From Clostridia bacterium (GTDB lineage Bacteria; Bacillota; Clostridia; Oscillospirales; RGIG8002): a DNA stretch of 64,000 bases. The stretch covers positions 1,395 to 65,394 of the forward strand of contig JAFZQJ010000034.1 of the NCBI GenBank assembly GCA_017620395.1, written 5' to 3'. The position numbers and the translations under genes are program-made. How positions within the stretch are numbered: position 1 is the stretch's first letter; each line of letters opens with the position of its first letter. Below the pieces are notes generated by a model. The model saw only the letters and a list, made by a program, of their open reading frames with translations. It did not search any database and had not been told where the DNA came from. Below, piece after piece: positions 10,892 through 19,909 of the stretch.

Positions 10892-12802
10892 TTACTTATA
10901 TCTTGCCCAGATCTTGTCTGTTACGTACTGCTTGCCGAAGAGGGCGTCGTACTGGAACATATGCTGACGCTCCAGTTCGGCATTTTCCTCTTCGGTGACG
11001 GAGCCGCTTTCCGCGATGCTTCCGTCGCCGCGCAGGTAGTAGTCGCCTCCGGTGCCCTTGACGTATCCGCTCTGCTGCAGCAGATATTTGAAATACATCG
11101 GCTGCGGCAGGGAATAGGTCTGCGTCATATAAGGGATGAGATAGTAGGTGCTCAGCGCCGTGTCGGGGCTTGCGGAAACGTCCGTGTAGTTGTCCCAGAT
11201 GACGAAAGGCGGGGTGTGCAGGTCGTAGAAGCCCTCGGGAGTATCAGTGCTGTTCTTCGTGTAGCCGGAGGCGAAATACGATGCCTCCTTGTTGCCGAAG
11301 GAGCCGAGGTGGTCGCCGAAAAACATAACTATCGTCGGTTCGCCGCAGGTCGAGAAGTAGTCGGTCAGTTGCCTGAGCATATCGTCGGCAAAGCAGATGC
11401 TCGTCGCGTAGCTGCGTATCGCGCCGAAAACGCCTTTTCTGAGGTCCATACTGCCGTCGGTCGCGTTTATCATCGTGCCTTCGTCATAGTCGTTGCCGCT
11501 GTAACTGCCGTGGTTCTGCATCGTTACGGTGAAGTTGAAGAACGGCTTGCCGGTGGCGCGATTCTCTTCATACTGCTTTATGATCATATCCGCGGTCGAT
11601 TCGTCGCTGACGTAGGTGCGCATCCGGAGCGGAAGCGCAAAATCGGGTTCGGAGACGAACTTCTCGAAACCGATGAGCGGATAGACGTTGTCGCGGTTCC
11701 AGAAGTGCGGGCCGTACGAGTGGATCGCCGTCGTAGAGTAGCCAAGCTCGTCGCGCAGGAAGCTGACGTAACTCGGCGTCGTTTTTTTGACGTGCTGCTG
11801 GTAGGGGGTGGAACTTGCCGGCAGGTAGCGCAGGCTGTAACCCGTCAGCAGCTCGAATTCCACGTTCGCCGTGCCGCCGCCGAACTGCGGTGTGAAGTGG
11901 GCGCCGCCGGTCTTCGTCTGCGCGATCTCGTGCAGCGTCGGAGTCGTGGAGCGCTCGAAGTTGATGTATGAGAACTTATCCGCGTCGGTGAAGGATTCGT
12001 TCATTACTATTATAATATTGGGCTTCTCGACCGCGCCGGCATCTTCGCCGTCGTCCGTGTAAGCGGCGTTCAGTTCGGTGAGCACCTCGCCGTAGGTCGC
12101 TTCGGCCGATTCCTTGCCGTAGCCGGAGGGCTTTTCGGGCAGGACGTAGGGTATGTTAGCCAGGAAGTTTACCAAAAACCCGTTGTTGTTGCGGGTGTTG
12201 AGCTGCTTCCACTGGTAGGCGGTCAGCCCCGTGGCGTTAAGAAAAGAGGGGTTTAAGAAAGTCGCGAAGAAGCCGCCGACGAATACGGCGAGCGTTACCG
12301 CGGCTATTATCGCGCCGTTGCGGAGGCGTATGACGAGTCCGTTTTTCTTTATCACGAGCTTGTCGAAGAAGAAAAGCCCCAGAGTGATCGCCGCAATCAT
12401 CACGACCGCCGTTATGAGCCCGAGAGTGATCTCGAATTCGAGCATACCCGTTGTCTCCGCGGCTTCGGTCAGTATCGTGAAGTCGCAGGGGAGTATCGTT
12501 TCGCCGCGGATGCTCACCTTCAGATAATCGAAGTAATTGAAGGCGCAGAACAACACGGAAAACGGCAGGAACGCGATCCACGTTTTCCTCACCAAAAAGA
12601 ACAGCACGAGCATCGGCATATAAACGAAGAGGGTATTCATAACGAACGCCCAGCCGCTCGGCATAAGGAACGCGCGAAGGAAGGTGCCTTCGCTGACGAT
12701 GCACATCAGCACGGTCAGCAGATTCGCGGCGATGAGAAGCACCGCGACCGGTGCCGCGTATTTTTCAAATGTCTCTTTTTTGAACTTTTGCAGGATGCGC
12801 AT
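10892..12802 (-). CDS. LTA synthase family protein (membrane sulfatase-like phosphoglycerol transferase)
   Basis: 636 aa with about five N-terminal TM helices followed by an extracellular alkaline-phosphatase/sulfatase-like domain (NIIIVMNESF.., FFGDHL). An AAGGAG SD is present. Confidence 0.8.
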   Translation of the reverse strand: MRILQKFKKETFEKYAAPVAVLLIAANLLTVLMCIVSEGTFLRAFLMPSGWAFVMNTLFVYMPMLVLFFLVRKTWIAFLPFSVLFCAFNYFDYLKVSIRGETILPCDFTILTEAAETTGMLEFEITLGLITAVVMIAAITLGLFFFDKLVIKKNGLVIRLRNGAIIAAVTLAVFVGGFFATFLNPSFLNATGLTAYQWKQLNTRNNNGFLVNFLANIPYVLPEKPSGYGKESAEATYGEVLTELNAAYTDDGEDAGAVEKPNIIIVMNESFTDADKFSYINFERSTTPTLHEIAQTKTGGAHFTPQFGGGTANVEFELLTGYSLRYLPASSTPYQQHVKKTTPSYVSFLRDELGYSTTAIHSYGPHFWNRDNVYPLIGFEKFVSEPDFALPLRMRTYVSDESTADMIIKQYEENRATGKPFFNFTVTMQNHGSYSGNDYDEGTMINATDGSMDLRKGVFGAIRSYATSICFADDMLRQLTDYFSTCGEPTIVMFFGDHLGSFGNKEASYFASGYTKNSTDTPEGFYDLHTPPFVIWDNYTDVSASPDTALSTYYLIPYMTQTYSLPQPMYFKYLLQQSGYVKGTGGDYYLRGDGSIAESGSVTEEENAELERQHMFQYDALFGKQYVTDKIWARYK

Positions 12803-13159
12803 TGGAAAAGCTCCTTTTGGTCTGAAAACAGAGTGATTTGCGCCGGAAATGGCGCTTGCCGTGCTTGAAAAAGGCGGGAACGGCAGGCTGATGGATTTTT
12901 AGCGGTCGGGAAAAACTGAACGCCTCTGAAGCAGCGTTTTTTCTTAATATTCGACCGGTATCAAGCAATATGAATAGTATTCATATGAGTTCGATTCATA
13001 TAATAGCGAGGCGTGATGGGTGTTGATGGTTGACAAACCCGTATTATACAGGGGCGGTAAAGGGTAAACGTGTTGTTTTCGCGCGCGGGATCGCCGAACG
13101 CTCCGAAAAACGGCAGGAAAAAGGAGAGAGCGGCGGCAATGGAAGCTCGCGTTTTTCGG

Positions 13160-13804
13160 TCATTCCGATGCTATTTTACGGAAAAGCTCCGAGATGTGTT
13201 CGTACTTTTCGAGGTATTCGGGATTTTCCTCCGCGTCGTCCGGCGCGGTGCGCATATACATGCGCAGGTCGGAGTGTTCGGGAGTGGGCGGTTCCATATC
13301 GCCGCAGAGTTTCTTATACTCCGAGCGCACCTTTTGCGCGAAGGGGCTGCCGGAGAGCTTGAAATAGGTGTTTTCGGCGTATCCGCCGGGGAGGAGACCG
13401 CTCACGTCGGCAACGCCGCCGGCGTTGGAGAGCAGAGTGTACTTGCCCTCGTCGGTGATGAAAAGCAGCACCTCGCCGGTCATTATCTCAGCCTGGAAGC
13501 GCTGGTTGTAGGAATAGTTGAGCTGTGCGTTGCCGGCGTCTGTGGAAAGCCCCATGACCTGCACGTTGACCTTACCGTCGCCGTTCCAGTCGTCGATATA
13601 TTCCTTAAAAACGTTCTCGTAGGCGTAAATCTCGGCGTCGTAGATGAAGAAATCGCCGGAGAGTATGACCGTCAGGTCGTAGTTTGTTTTGGACAGGCAG
13701 CTGACAAGTCCGATCGTCAGCAGCGCGGCGGCGATGATCAGAGTTATGAATACGTATTTGTAGTAATATCCGTATTGTTTGAACCAGTTGACGAGCTTTT
13801 TCAT
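13160..13804 (-). CDS. Hypothetical membrane-anchored protein
   Basis: 214 aa with a single N-terminal TM helix (YVFITLIIAAALLTIGLV). Codon usage is coherent and I recognise no motif. Confidence 0.6.
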   Translation of the reverse strand: MKKLVNWFKQYGYYYKYVFITLIIAAALLTIGLVSCLSKTNYDLTVILSGDFFIYDAEIYAYENVFKEYIDDWNGDGKVNVQVMGLSTDAGNAQLNYSYNQRFQAEIMTGEVLLFITDEGKYTLLSNAGGVADVSGLLPGGYAENTYFKLSGSPFAQKVRSEYKKLCGDMEPPTPEHSDLRMYMRTAPDDAEENPEYLEKYEHISELFRKIASE

Positions 13805-13880
13805 CGGATCCCTTTCGTACGGAGTGTTTCGCAGAAACGGTGAACCGCGGCCCGCGCTCGGCGGACCGCGGTGTCAGAGC

Positions 13881-14018
13881 TTAGTCCTGCTGGAGCTCGA
13901 ACTCCTCCTTGCCGGCTCCGCAGAGCGGGCAGGTCCAGTCGTCGGGAAGGTCCGCGAACTTGACGCCCTCGGCTTCCTCGTCGTAAACGTAACCGCATAA
14001 GACGCATACGTATTTCAT
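13881..14018 (-). CDS. Rubredoxin (45 aa, absent from the ORF track)
   Basis: My translation is [45 protein letters not shown]. It has two CxxCG knuckles, and a GAAGGAGG SD lies 7 nt upstream. Confidence 0.9.
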   Translation of the reverse strand: MKYVCVLCGYVYDEEAEGVKFADLPDDWTCPLCGAGKEEFELQQD

Positions 14019-14067
14019 GATAATTACCTCCTTCTGCTGTATGGGCGTTTCCGCCGACGATGGGATT

Positions 14068-14096
14068 ATTATAAATCATTCGACCAAAAAACGCAA
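14068..14096 (-). promoter_or_regulatory. Putative sigma-A promoter for the rubredoxin gene
   Basis: The minus strand reads TTGCGT-17 nt-TATAAT about 45 nt upstream of the start codon. Confidence 0.45.
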
Positions 14097-14106
14097 TACC
14101 TGAATC

Positions 14107-14135
14107 AAAAAAGCCGCTGCGAGAGCGGCTTTTTT
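14107..14135 (-). terminator. Rho-independent terminator downstream of the prsA-like gene
   Basis: AAAAAAGCCGCT-gcgag-AGCGGCTTTTTT. Confidence 0.8.
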
Positions 14136-14155
14136 ACCGGTTAAAGTTAATAATA

Positions 14156-15436
14156 TCAGTTGTTGCCGGACGCCAGCATCGAGGCGTAGTAGGAGTTGTA
14201 ATAGGCTATCTGCTGAGAGACGTTGGAGGCGACGTTGTTGTCCTCGTAAATGTCGGAGGGGCTGTAGCGGCGAACTGCGGAGCTGCTTCTGTTGACGGTC
14301 GCTTCCTCGATCCACTTGTTCTCGACTTCTTCATACTTTTCGTGCTCATACTCGTGAACGAAATCGGCGAGGGTATCTTCCATATATTCGGGTTTCTCGT
14401 ACTTGTCGTAAGCCTTGATTATGTGCCAGCCGTAGGTGGATTCGCAGGAGCTGATTTCGCCGACGGCGAGATCCCACGCGGCTTCCTCGAACTCGCTGAC
14501 CATATCGCCCTTCTTGAAGATATAGCCCTTGTCCTTGTCCATTCCGTCTTCGCTGTATTCCTCAATGAGCGCCTCGAAGTCTTCGCCGGCCTGAGCTCTG
14601 GCGAGCACGTCCTTGTAGGTGGCTTCGATCTCGGCCTTCTTCTCGTCGGCGGACTTGGTGACGTTGCCGTCTTCGTCCTTATCGTCGGTCAGGCCCTGAG
14701 TCTTGAAGAGGATGTGCTTGACGCGGCGGTAGTTCTCGTCATATTCGGCCTTCTTGGCGTCTTCGCTGATGGCGTTGTCGCTGTCCTCGCCGTAAAGCAG
14801 CTCGGTGAGATGCTCCTGGATGAGTCCGGCCTTGACGATGCGCTCGTAGGTGTCAAGAGAAACGCCCATCTTGTTGAGGCTGCTCTCGAGCTCGGCCTTG
14901 CCGCCGTTCTGAGCGTAGTTGGATTCCAGAGAAGCCTTGTCTTCATCGGTCAGCTCGATCTTGTATTCGGCCGCCTTCTTTTCCATAATGATGACCCACG
15001 CGCAGTTCTCATACGCCTTGTCGATGACGTAATCCTTCGCGGTCTTGTTCTCGACGATCGCGTCCCAGAGGGTAGCGGGCTTATTGTCTTCGCTCGACTC
15101 GCTCGATGAATCGGTGGAGGAGGACTCGGTGGAAGCCTCTTCGGAAGAAGCGGGCTCGGAGGAGTCGGGAGCGGAGGACTCAGGCAGGGACGACTCCGCG
15201 GAGGATTCATCGCTGCTGTCGGAATACTCGCTGGAGAGCTGTCCGTACTGATACTGCTGCTCGAGGGAGAAGATAGCGGAATGCAGGAAGTAGATGTACA
15301 TTCCGGCGGGGATATCCTCGCCGTCGACGGTGCCGGCGGTTCGGGTAGCGAGTCCGCAGCCGCTGAAGGCGACCGCCATGCCGCTGAGCAGGCAGGCGAT
15401 AACGATGAGGGATACGAGTTTCTTTACGGTTTTCAT
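14156..15436 (-). CDS. prsA: PrsA-like lipoprotein peptidyl-prolyl isomerase (parvulin/PpiC type)
   Basis: Has a signal peptide with lipobox (AFSGC) and a parvulin motif (..VKHILF.., GDMVSEFEEAAWDL..GEIS..STYGWHIIK). A Ser/Glu/Asp-rich linker spans aa 68-119. Confidence 0.85.
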   Translation of the reverse strand: MKTVKKLVSLIVIACLLSGMAVAFSGCGLATRTAGTVDGEDIPAGMYIYFLHSAIFSLEQQYQYGQLSSEYSDSSDESSAESSLPESSAPDSSEPASSEEASTESSSTDSSSESSEDNKPATLWDAIVENKTAKDYVIDKAYENCAWVIIMEKKAAEYKIELTDEDKASLESNYAQNGGKAELESSLNKMGVSLDTYERIVKAGLIQEHLTELLYGEDSDNAISEDAKKAEYDENYRRVKHILFKTQGLTDDKDEDGNVTKSADEKKAEIEATYKDVLARAQAGEDFEALIEEYSEDGMDKDKGYIFKKGDMVSEFEEAAWDLAVGEISSCESTYGWHIIKAYDKYEKPEYMEDTLADFVHEYEHEKYEEVENKWIEEATVNRSSSAVRRYSPSDIYEDNNVASNVSQQIAYYNSYYASMLASGNN

Positions 15437-15455
15437 TTAGTCTGACAGTCCTTTC

Positions 15456-18400
15456 TTATTCGGAAGGCTCTCCGGAGCGGTCGTTTTTAAGCTCTTCGGG
15501 TACATATTGAGCCATTCTGTATTTATCTAACACTTCTTCAATTATACTCAAAGTTTGCCGCTTGTCAACATTTTTTATATAAAGATAAGGTTTTGCCCCG
15601 ATTTTTACCGAAGCGTCTCTGCCGATAATGAGCGCGGCGCGGCCGAGGACAGATTCGTCCGGATCGGTCGGGATGACGCATAGACCGCCGCCGCGGAAGG
15701 AGATCTCATCGAGCTCCAGACGGTTGCCTTCGGAGCGGAGGAGCGCGATCTTTATCAGGTCTGAAACGCAGGAGGGCGGTTCGCCGAAGCGGTCGGAAAG
15801 CTCGGCGGCGACGGAGTCCGCGTCCTCGCGTGATGCGACGGCGGCGATTGCGCGGTAAAGCTCGATGCGCGTCAGCTCGGAGGCGACGTAGCTCTCGGGG
15901 ATGTAGGCGGAGACGGGCAGGTTGACGAAGCAGTCGGCGTCGCGTGTTTCGGGAGCCTCGCCCTTCGCGGCGCGTACGGCCTCGGCGAGCATCTTCATAT
16001 ACAGGTCGTATCCGACCGCGTCCATATGGCCGCTCTGCTGGGAGCCGATGAGGTTGCCCGCGCCGCGTATTTCGAGGTCGCGCATCGCGATCCTTATGCC
16101 GCTGCCGAACTCGGTGAACTCGCGCAGCGCGGCGAGGCGCTTTTCGGAGACCTCGCTGAGCGCCTTATCCTTGCGGAAGGTGAAATAGGCGTAGGCGCGG
16201 CGTGAGCTCCTGCCGACTCTGCCGCGCAGCTGATGGAGCTGCGAAAGCCCCATAAGGTCGGCGTTCTCGACGATGAGCGTGTTGACGTTCGGCACGTCGA
16301 TACCGGTCTCTATGATGGTGGTGCAGACGAGTATCTGTATGTCTCCGGCGACGACCGCGGACCATATGTCCGACAGCTCGTCCTCGTCCATCCGGCCGTG
16401 CGCGACGGCGACGGCGGCGTTCGGGAAGCGTTCGGCTATTCGTGCGGCGACGCGCTCGATGCCTTCGACGCGGTTGTAGAGGTAATAGACCTGCCCGCCG
16501 CGGGAAAGCTCGCGCTCGATCGCGCCGAATATGAGCTTCGGCGAGTACTCCGCGACGAAGGTCAGCACCGGCTGGCGGTCGACGGGAGGCTCCTCGAGCA
16601 TCGACAGGTCGCGGATGCCGGATAGCGCCATATTCAGCGTGCGCGGTATCGGAGTTGCGGAGAGCATCAGCGTGTCGACTCCCTTGCAGAGCTGGCGGAG
16701 CTTCTCCTTGCTCGCGACGCCGAAACGCTGTTCCTCGTCGATGACGAGCAGACCGAGATTCTTAAAGCGAATGTCTTTTGAAAGTATGCGGTGGGTGCCG
16801 ACGATGAGGTCGCATCTGCCGTCGGCGAGGCGTTTGAGTATTTCGTTCTGCTCCTTCTTCGTCTTGAAGCGGGAGAGGAACTCGATCTCGACCGGCATCC
16901 GCTCGAAGCGGCGCACGGCGGTGTTGTAATGCTGGAGCGCGAGCAGCGTGGTAGGCACGAGTATCGCCGCCTGCATACCGTCAGAGATGCACTTGAAGCA
17001 TGCGCGGAGCGCGACCTCCGTCTTGCCGTAGCCGACGTCGCCGCAGAGTATGCGGTCCATCGGGACGGCGCTTTCCATATCCGCCTTGACCTCCTCGGCG
17101 CAGCGGAGCTGGTCGTCCGTTTCTTCAAACGGGAACGCGGCCTCGAATTCGCGCTGCCACTCTCCGTCCGGGGAGAAGGCGTGGCCGGGGCGGCTGGTGC
17201 GCTCGGCGTAGAGCTTGATAAGCTCTTTTGCGAGGTCCTTCGCGGCGGCCTTCGCGCGCTTCGTGGCGTTTTTCCACGCGGCGCCGCCCATTTTGGAAAG
17301 CTGCACCGCGCCCTCGGCGTGCCCGCCGATGTATTTTGAGACGAGGTCGAGCTGGTTGACCGGCACGAAGAGCGAGTCCGTTCCGGCGTACTTTATCTTG
17401 ATATATTCCTTCGTAACGCCCTCGAACGTCAACTGCTCGACGCCTTCGTAGCGCCCGATTCCGTAGTAGGAATGGACGACGAGGTCGCCTTCGCGCAGGT
17501 CGGCGAGAGAGTTGACGGGGCTGCCTTTTTTGTGGAGCTTCGCGCGTTTTTTGCGGGCGTAGGGGAGTTCGCCGCAGGTGACTATCGCGGCGTTCGCGCT
17601 TTCGTATTCGACGCCGGATGAGAAGAAGCCGTCGGTGACGGTTATCACACCTGCGTCGACTGAGTCCGGCTCGTGCAGAAAGCGGGCGTTGAAACCGTTT
17701 TCGCGCAGATATCCGGCGACGTATTCGGCGTTCTTTTCGCTGCCGGCGAAGAGAAGCACGCGGCTGCCCTTGCGTTTGTAGGACGCCATCAGCTCGTCGA
17801 GCTGAGCAAGGCCGCCCTGCCACGCGCCCGTTGCGCGGACGGGCACGCGCTCCTCGAAGTCGCGTTTGAATTCGCCGGAGGTGCGGCGCAGGTCCTCGAG
17901 CAGGAAGGAGGCCTTGCCGTTATAAACGGATACGAACTCCGCGTATTTCAGCCGCAGTCCGTTCTCGCCGCCTCCGAGCGAGCCGCTCTCGATGAGCGCG
18001 GTCTGCTCCTCGCGCCAGGCGGTCGCGGATTCGCGCGCGCGTTCGGCGCAGGCGTGCGGCTCGGCGATGAAGACGAGCGCGTCTTCGCAGTAATCCGCGA
18101 GCGTAGCGGCTTCCGGCATTATGAGCTTCTGGTATTTGTCCGCCGACGGCAGCCGCCCGAACGCGCGGAGACGTTCGAGGTCGGAGGCGGCGGAGGCGTC
18201 CTTTTTCGCGAGCGCGGCAAGGGCGGCTTCGAAGGCGTCCGCGTCGTCCGGCGCGCATTCGGCGCAGGGAGTTATCGCGCATTCGATCAGCTTCTCTCCG
18301 CGCCGCTGGGTGTAGACGTCGAAGCGGTTGACGCTCTCGAGCGTGTCGTCGAAAAAGTCGAGGCGCAGGGGACTGTCGGACGGCGGGTAGAAATCGATGA

Positions 18401-18935
18401 TGTCGCCGCGCAGCGCGAACTGCCCGACGCCCTCGACGGTGTCGACGCGGGTGTAGCCGCCGCCGGAGAGCGCTGAAACGACGGAGTCCGGCGGATAATT
18501 ACCGCCGGCTTTCAGCGTCATGATGCGCCCCGCGAGCGTTTCGGGCGGCAGGGTGGTGTCCATACACGCGGCGGCGGGCGCGACGACCGCGGCCGCTCTG
18601 CCTTCGAGCAGCGCGGAAAGCGCCGCGAGGCGCGCGTGCGCGCTGTCGCGGCTGAAGCCCTCGACGCTGTCGAAAACGAAGTCGCGCTGCGGGAAAACGC
18701 ACACTCCGCCGCCGAAGAGCGTTTCGAGGTCGTGTTTCATCGAAACGGCGTCTTTCTCATCGGGAACGACCACGACGGCGGGCTTTCCGGCGTCCGCGGA
18801 CAGCGCGAAAATAAGCTGCGCTTTTGCCGCCGCGGAAAGTCCGCATAGGTAGGCGCAGCTCTCTTTCTTTATTGCTTTTTCGAGTCGCGGGCGGCATTCG
18901 AGTTCGCTCACGAGCTTTCTCAAAGCGTCAATCAT
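15456..18935 (-). CDS. mfd: Transcription-repair coupling factor
   Basis: 1159 aa with a UvrB-homology N-terminus, a CarD/RID region and SF2 helicase motifs (GDVGYGKTEVA, DEEQRFG). Its start overlaps the dnaI stop (ATGA). Confidence 0.95.
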   Translation of the reverse strand: MIDALRKLVSELECRPRLEKAIKKESCAYLCGLSAAAKAQLIFALSADAGKPAVVVVPDEKDAVSMKHDLETLFGGGVCVFPQRDFVFDSVEGFSRDSAHARLAALSALLEGRAAAVVAPAAACMDTTLPPETLAGRIMTLKAGGNYPPDSVVSALSGGGYTRVDTVEGVGQFALRGDIIDFYPPSDSPLRLDFFDDTLESVNRFDVYTQRRGEKLIECAITPCAECAPDDADAFEAALAALAKKDASAASDLERLRAFGRLPSADKYQKLIMPEAATLADYCEDALVFIAEPHACAERARESATAWREEQTALIESGSLGGGENGLRLKYAEFVSVYNGKASFLLEDLRRTSGEFKRDFEERVPVRATGAWQGGLAQLDELMASYKRKGSRVLLFAGSEKNAEYVAGYLRENGFNARFLHEPDSVDAGVITVTDGFFSSGVEYESANAAIVTCGELPYARKKRAKLHKKGSPVNSLADLREGDLVVHSYYGIGRYEGVEQLTFEGVTKEYIKIKYAGTDSLFVPVNQLDLVSKYIGGHAEGAVQLSKMGGAAWKNATKRAKAAAKDLAKELIKLYAERTSRPGHAFSPDGEWQREFEAAFPFEETDDQLRCAEEVKADMESAVPMDRILCGDVGYGKTEVALRACFKCISDGMQAAILVPTTLLALQHYNTAVRRFERMPVEIEFLSRFKTKKEQNEILKRLADGRCDLIVGTHRILSKDIRFKNLGLLVIDEEQRFGVASKEKLRQLCKGVDTLMLSATPIPRTLNMALSGIRDLSMLEEPPVDRQPVLTFVAEYSPKLIFGAIERELSRGGQVYYLYNRVEGIERVAARIAERFPNAAVAVAHGRMDEDELSDIWSAVVAGDIQILVCTTIIETGIDVPNVNTLIVENADLMGLSQLHQLRGRVGRSSRRAYAYFTFRKDKALSEVSEKRLAALREFTEFGSGIRIAMRDLEIRGAGNLIGSQQSGHMDAVGYDLYMKMLAEAVRAAKGEAPETRDADCFVNLPVSAYIPESYVASELTRIELYRAIAAVASREDADSVAAELSDRFGEPPSCVSDLIKIALLRSEGNRLELDEISFRGGGLCVIPTDPDESVLGRAALIIGRDASVKIGAKPYLYIKNVDKRQTLSIIEEVLDKYRMAQYVPEELKNDRSGEPSE

Positions 18936-19909
18936 TTGATACCCATTTTCTTTTTAAGTCTGATATCGGTCCCGCAGAAAAAGACCGGAGTGTAGTCGCC
19001 GGTCAGGCGGGAATATATCGCGTCGCCGTAGCGCTCGTTCAGCTCCGTGAGCGAAAGGTTGGTGCTGATTATCGTCGGGAGCGCGGACATGATGCGCGAA
19101 TTGACTATCGTATAGAGCGATTCGCGGGCGGAAACGGTGGAGAACTCGGCTCCGAGATCGTCGAGCACGAGAAGGTCGCAGGAGCAGACGGCGTCCGTCA
19201 GTCCGTCGTTGCCTCTGCCGAAGCGCTCGTTGTCGAGCTTCGTCATCAGCGCGGGAACGCTGTCGTAGAGAACGCCGAGCCCCGCGTCGATAGCCTCCTT
19301 CGCGACGGCGAGGGAGAGGTGAGTCTTGCCGAGTCCGGTGCCGCCGGTGAAAAGCATACTGTCGGTGCGCGAACCTATTCCGGCGGCGTAGCGTTTGACG
19401 TAGGCGAGTACGTCCGACATGCGCTCTCTCGGAGATTCTCCGGTTTCGTCCGGCTCGTCGGAGTAATAGCCGAGGTCGAAATCAGCGAATGAGGTCGGCT
19501 TCAGACGGGAAGAAGCGTTCAGCTTCTCGTAGGCGGTCGTGCGCAGTTCGCGTTTCAGGCATTCGCACATCTTTCCGTCGATATAGTATTCGTCTTTGCA
19601 CTTGTCGCAGGAGTATATATCGTCGAGGTAATGCGCGTCAAGCCCCGCGTCGGTCAGCAGCTTCTCCCGTTCCGCGCGGAGCGCCTTGTTCTTATTCATT
19701 ATCGCGTCGAAAGCGTCGCCGCCGCTGTTGGAACGGATCGCGGCGAAAAGCGCGGATGCGGTGCCGCGAAGCTCGTCGTCGATCTCGCCGAAGCGCGGAT
19801 TCGCCTCGCGGAGCAGCGTGCGTCTTTCTTCGGTTATCATAGCGCAGAGGTCGTGCTTTTGCTTCAGCCGCGCAAGCGCTTCCTCGTATACTTCTCTGCC
19901 GTAGCTCAT
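18932..19909 (-). CDS. dnaI: DnaI/DnaC-type helicase loader
   Basis: Has an N-terminal Cys cluster (CDKCKDEYYIDGKMCEC), Walker A GGTGLGKTHL and Walker B LLVLDDLG. ATG 19909 (GGAGG SD) forms an ATGA overlap with the dnaD stop. The track's longer start is rejected. Confidence 0.85.
   Translation of the reverse strand: MSYGREVYEEALARLKQKHDLCAMITEERRTLLREANPRFGEIDDELRGTASALFAAIRSNSGGDAFDAIMNKNKALRAEREKLLTDAGLDAHYLDDIYSCDKCKDEYYIDGKMCECLKRELRTTAYEKLNASSRLKPTSFADFDLGYYSDEPDETGESPRERMSDVLAYVKRYAAGIGSRTDSMLFTGGTGLGKTHLSLAVAKEAIDAGLGVLYDSVPALMTKLDNERFGRGNDGLTDAVCSCDLLVLDDLGAEFSTVSARESLYTIVNSRIMSALPTIISTNLSLTELNERYGDAIYSRLTGDYTPVFFCGTDIRLKKKMGIK

Noticed and set aside
13030-14079. Track ORFs 13030-13362(+), 13070-13843(+), 13779-14000(+) and 13801-14079(-) were considered.
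   Set aside because: They overlap the better-supported minus-strand membrane protein (13160-13804) and the rubredoxin gene (13881-14018). They also lack SD sequences and have Arg/Gly-rich composition.
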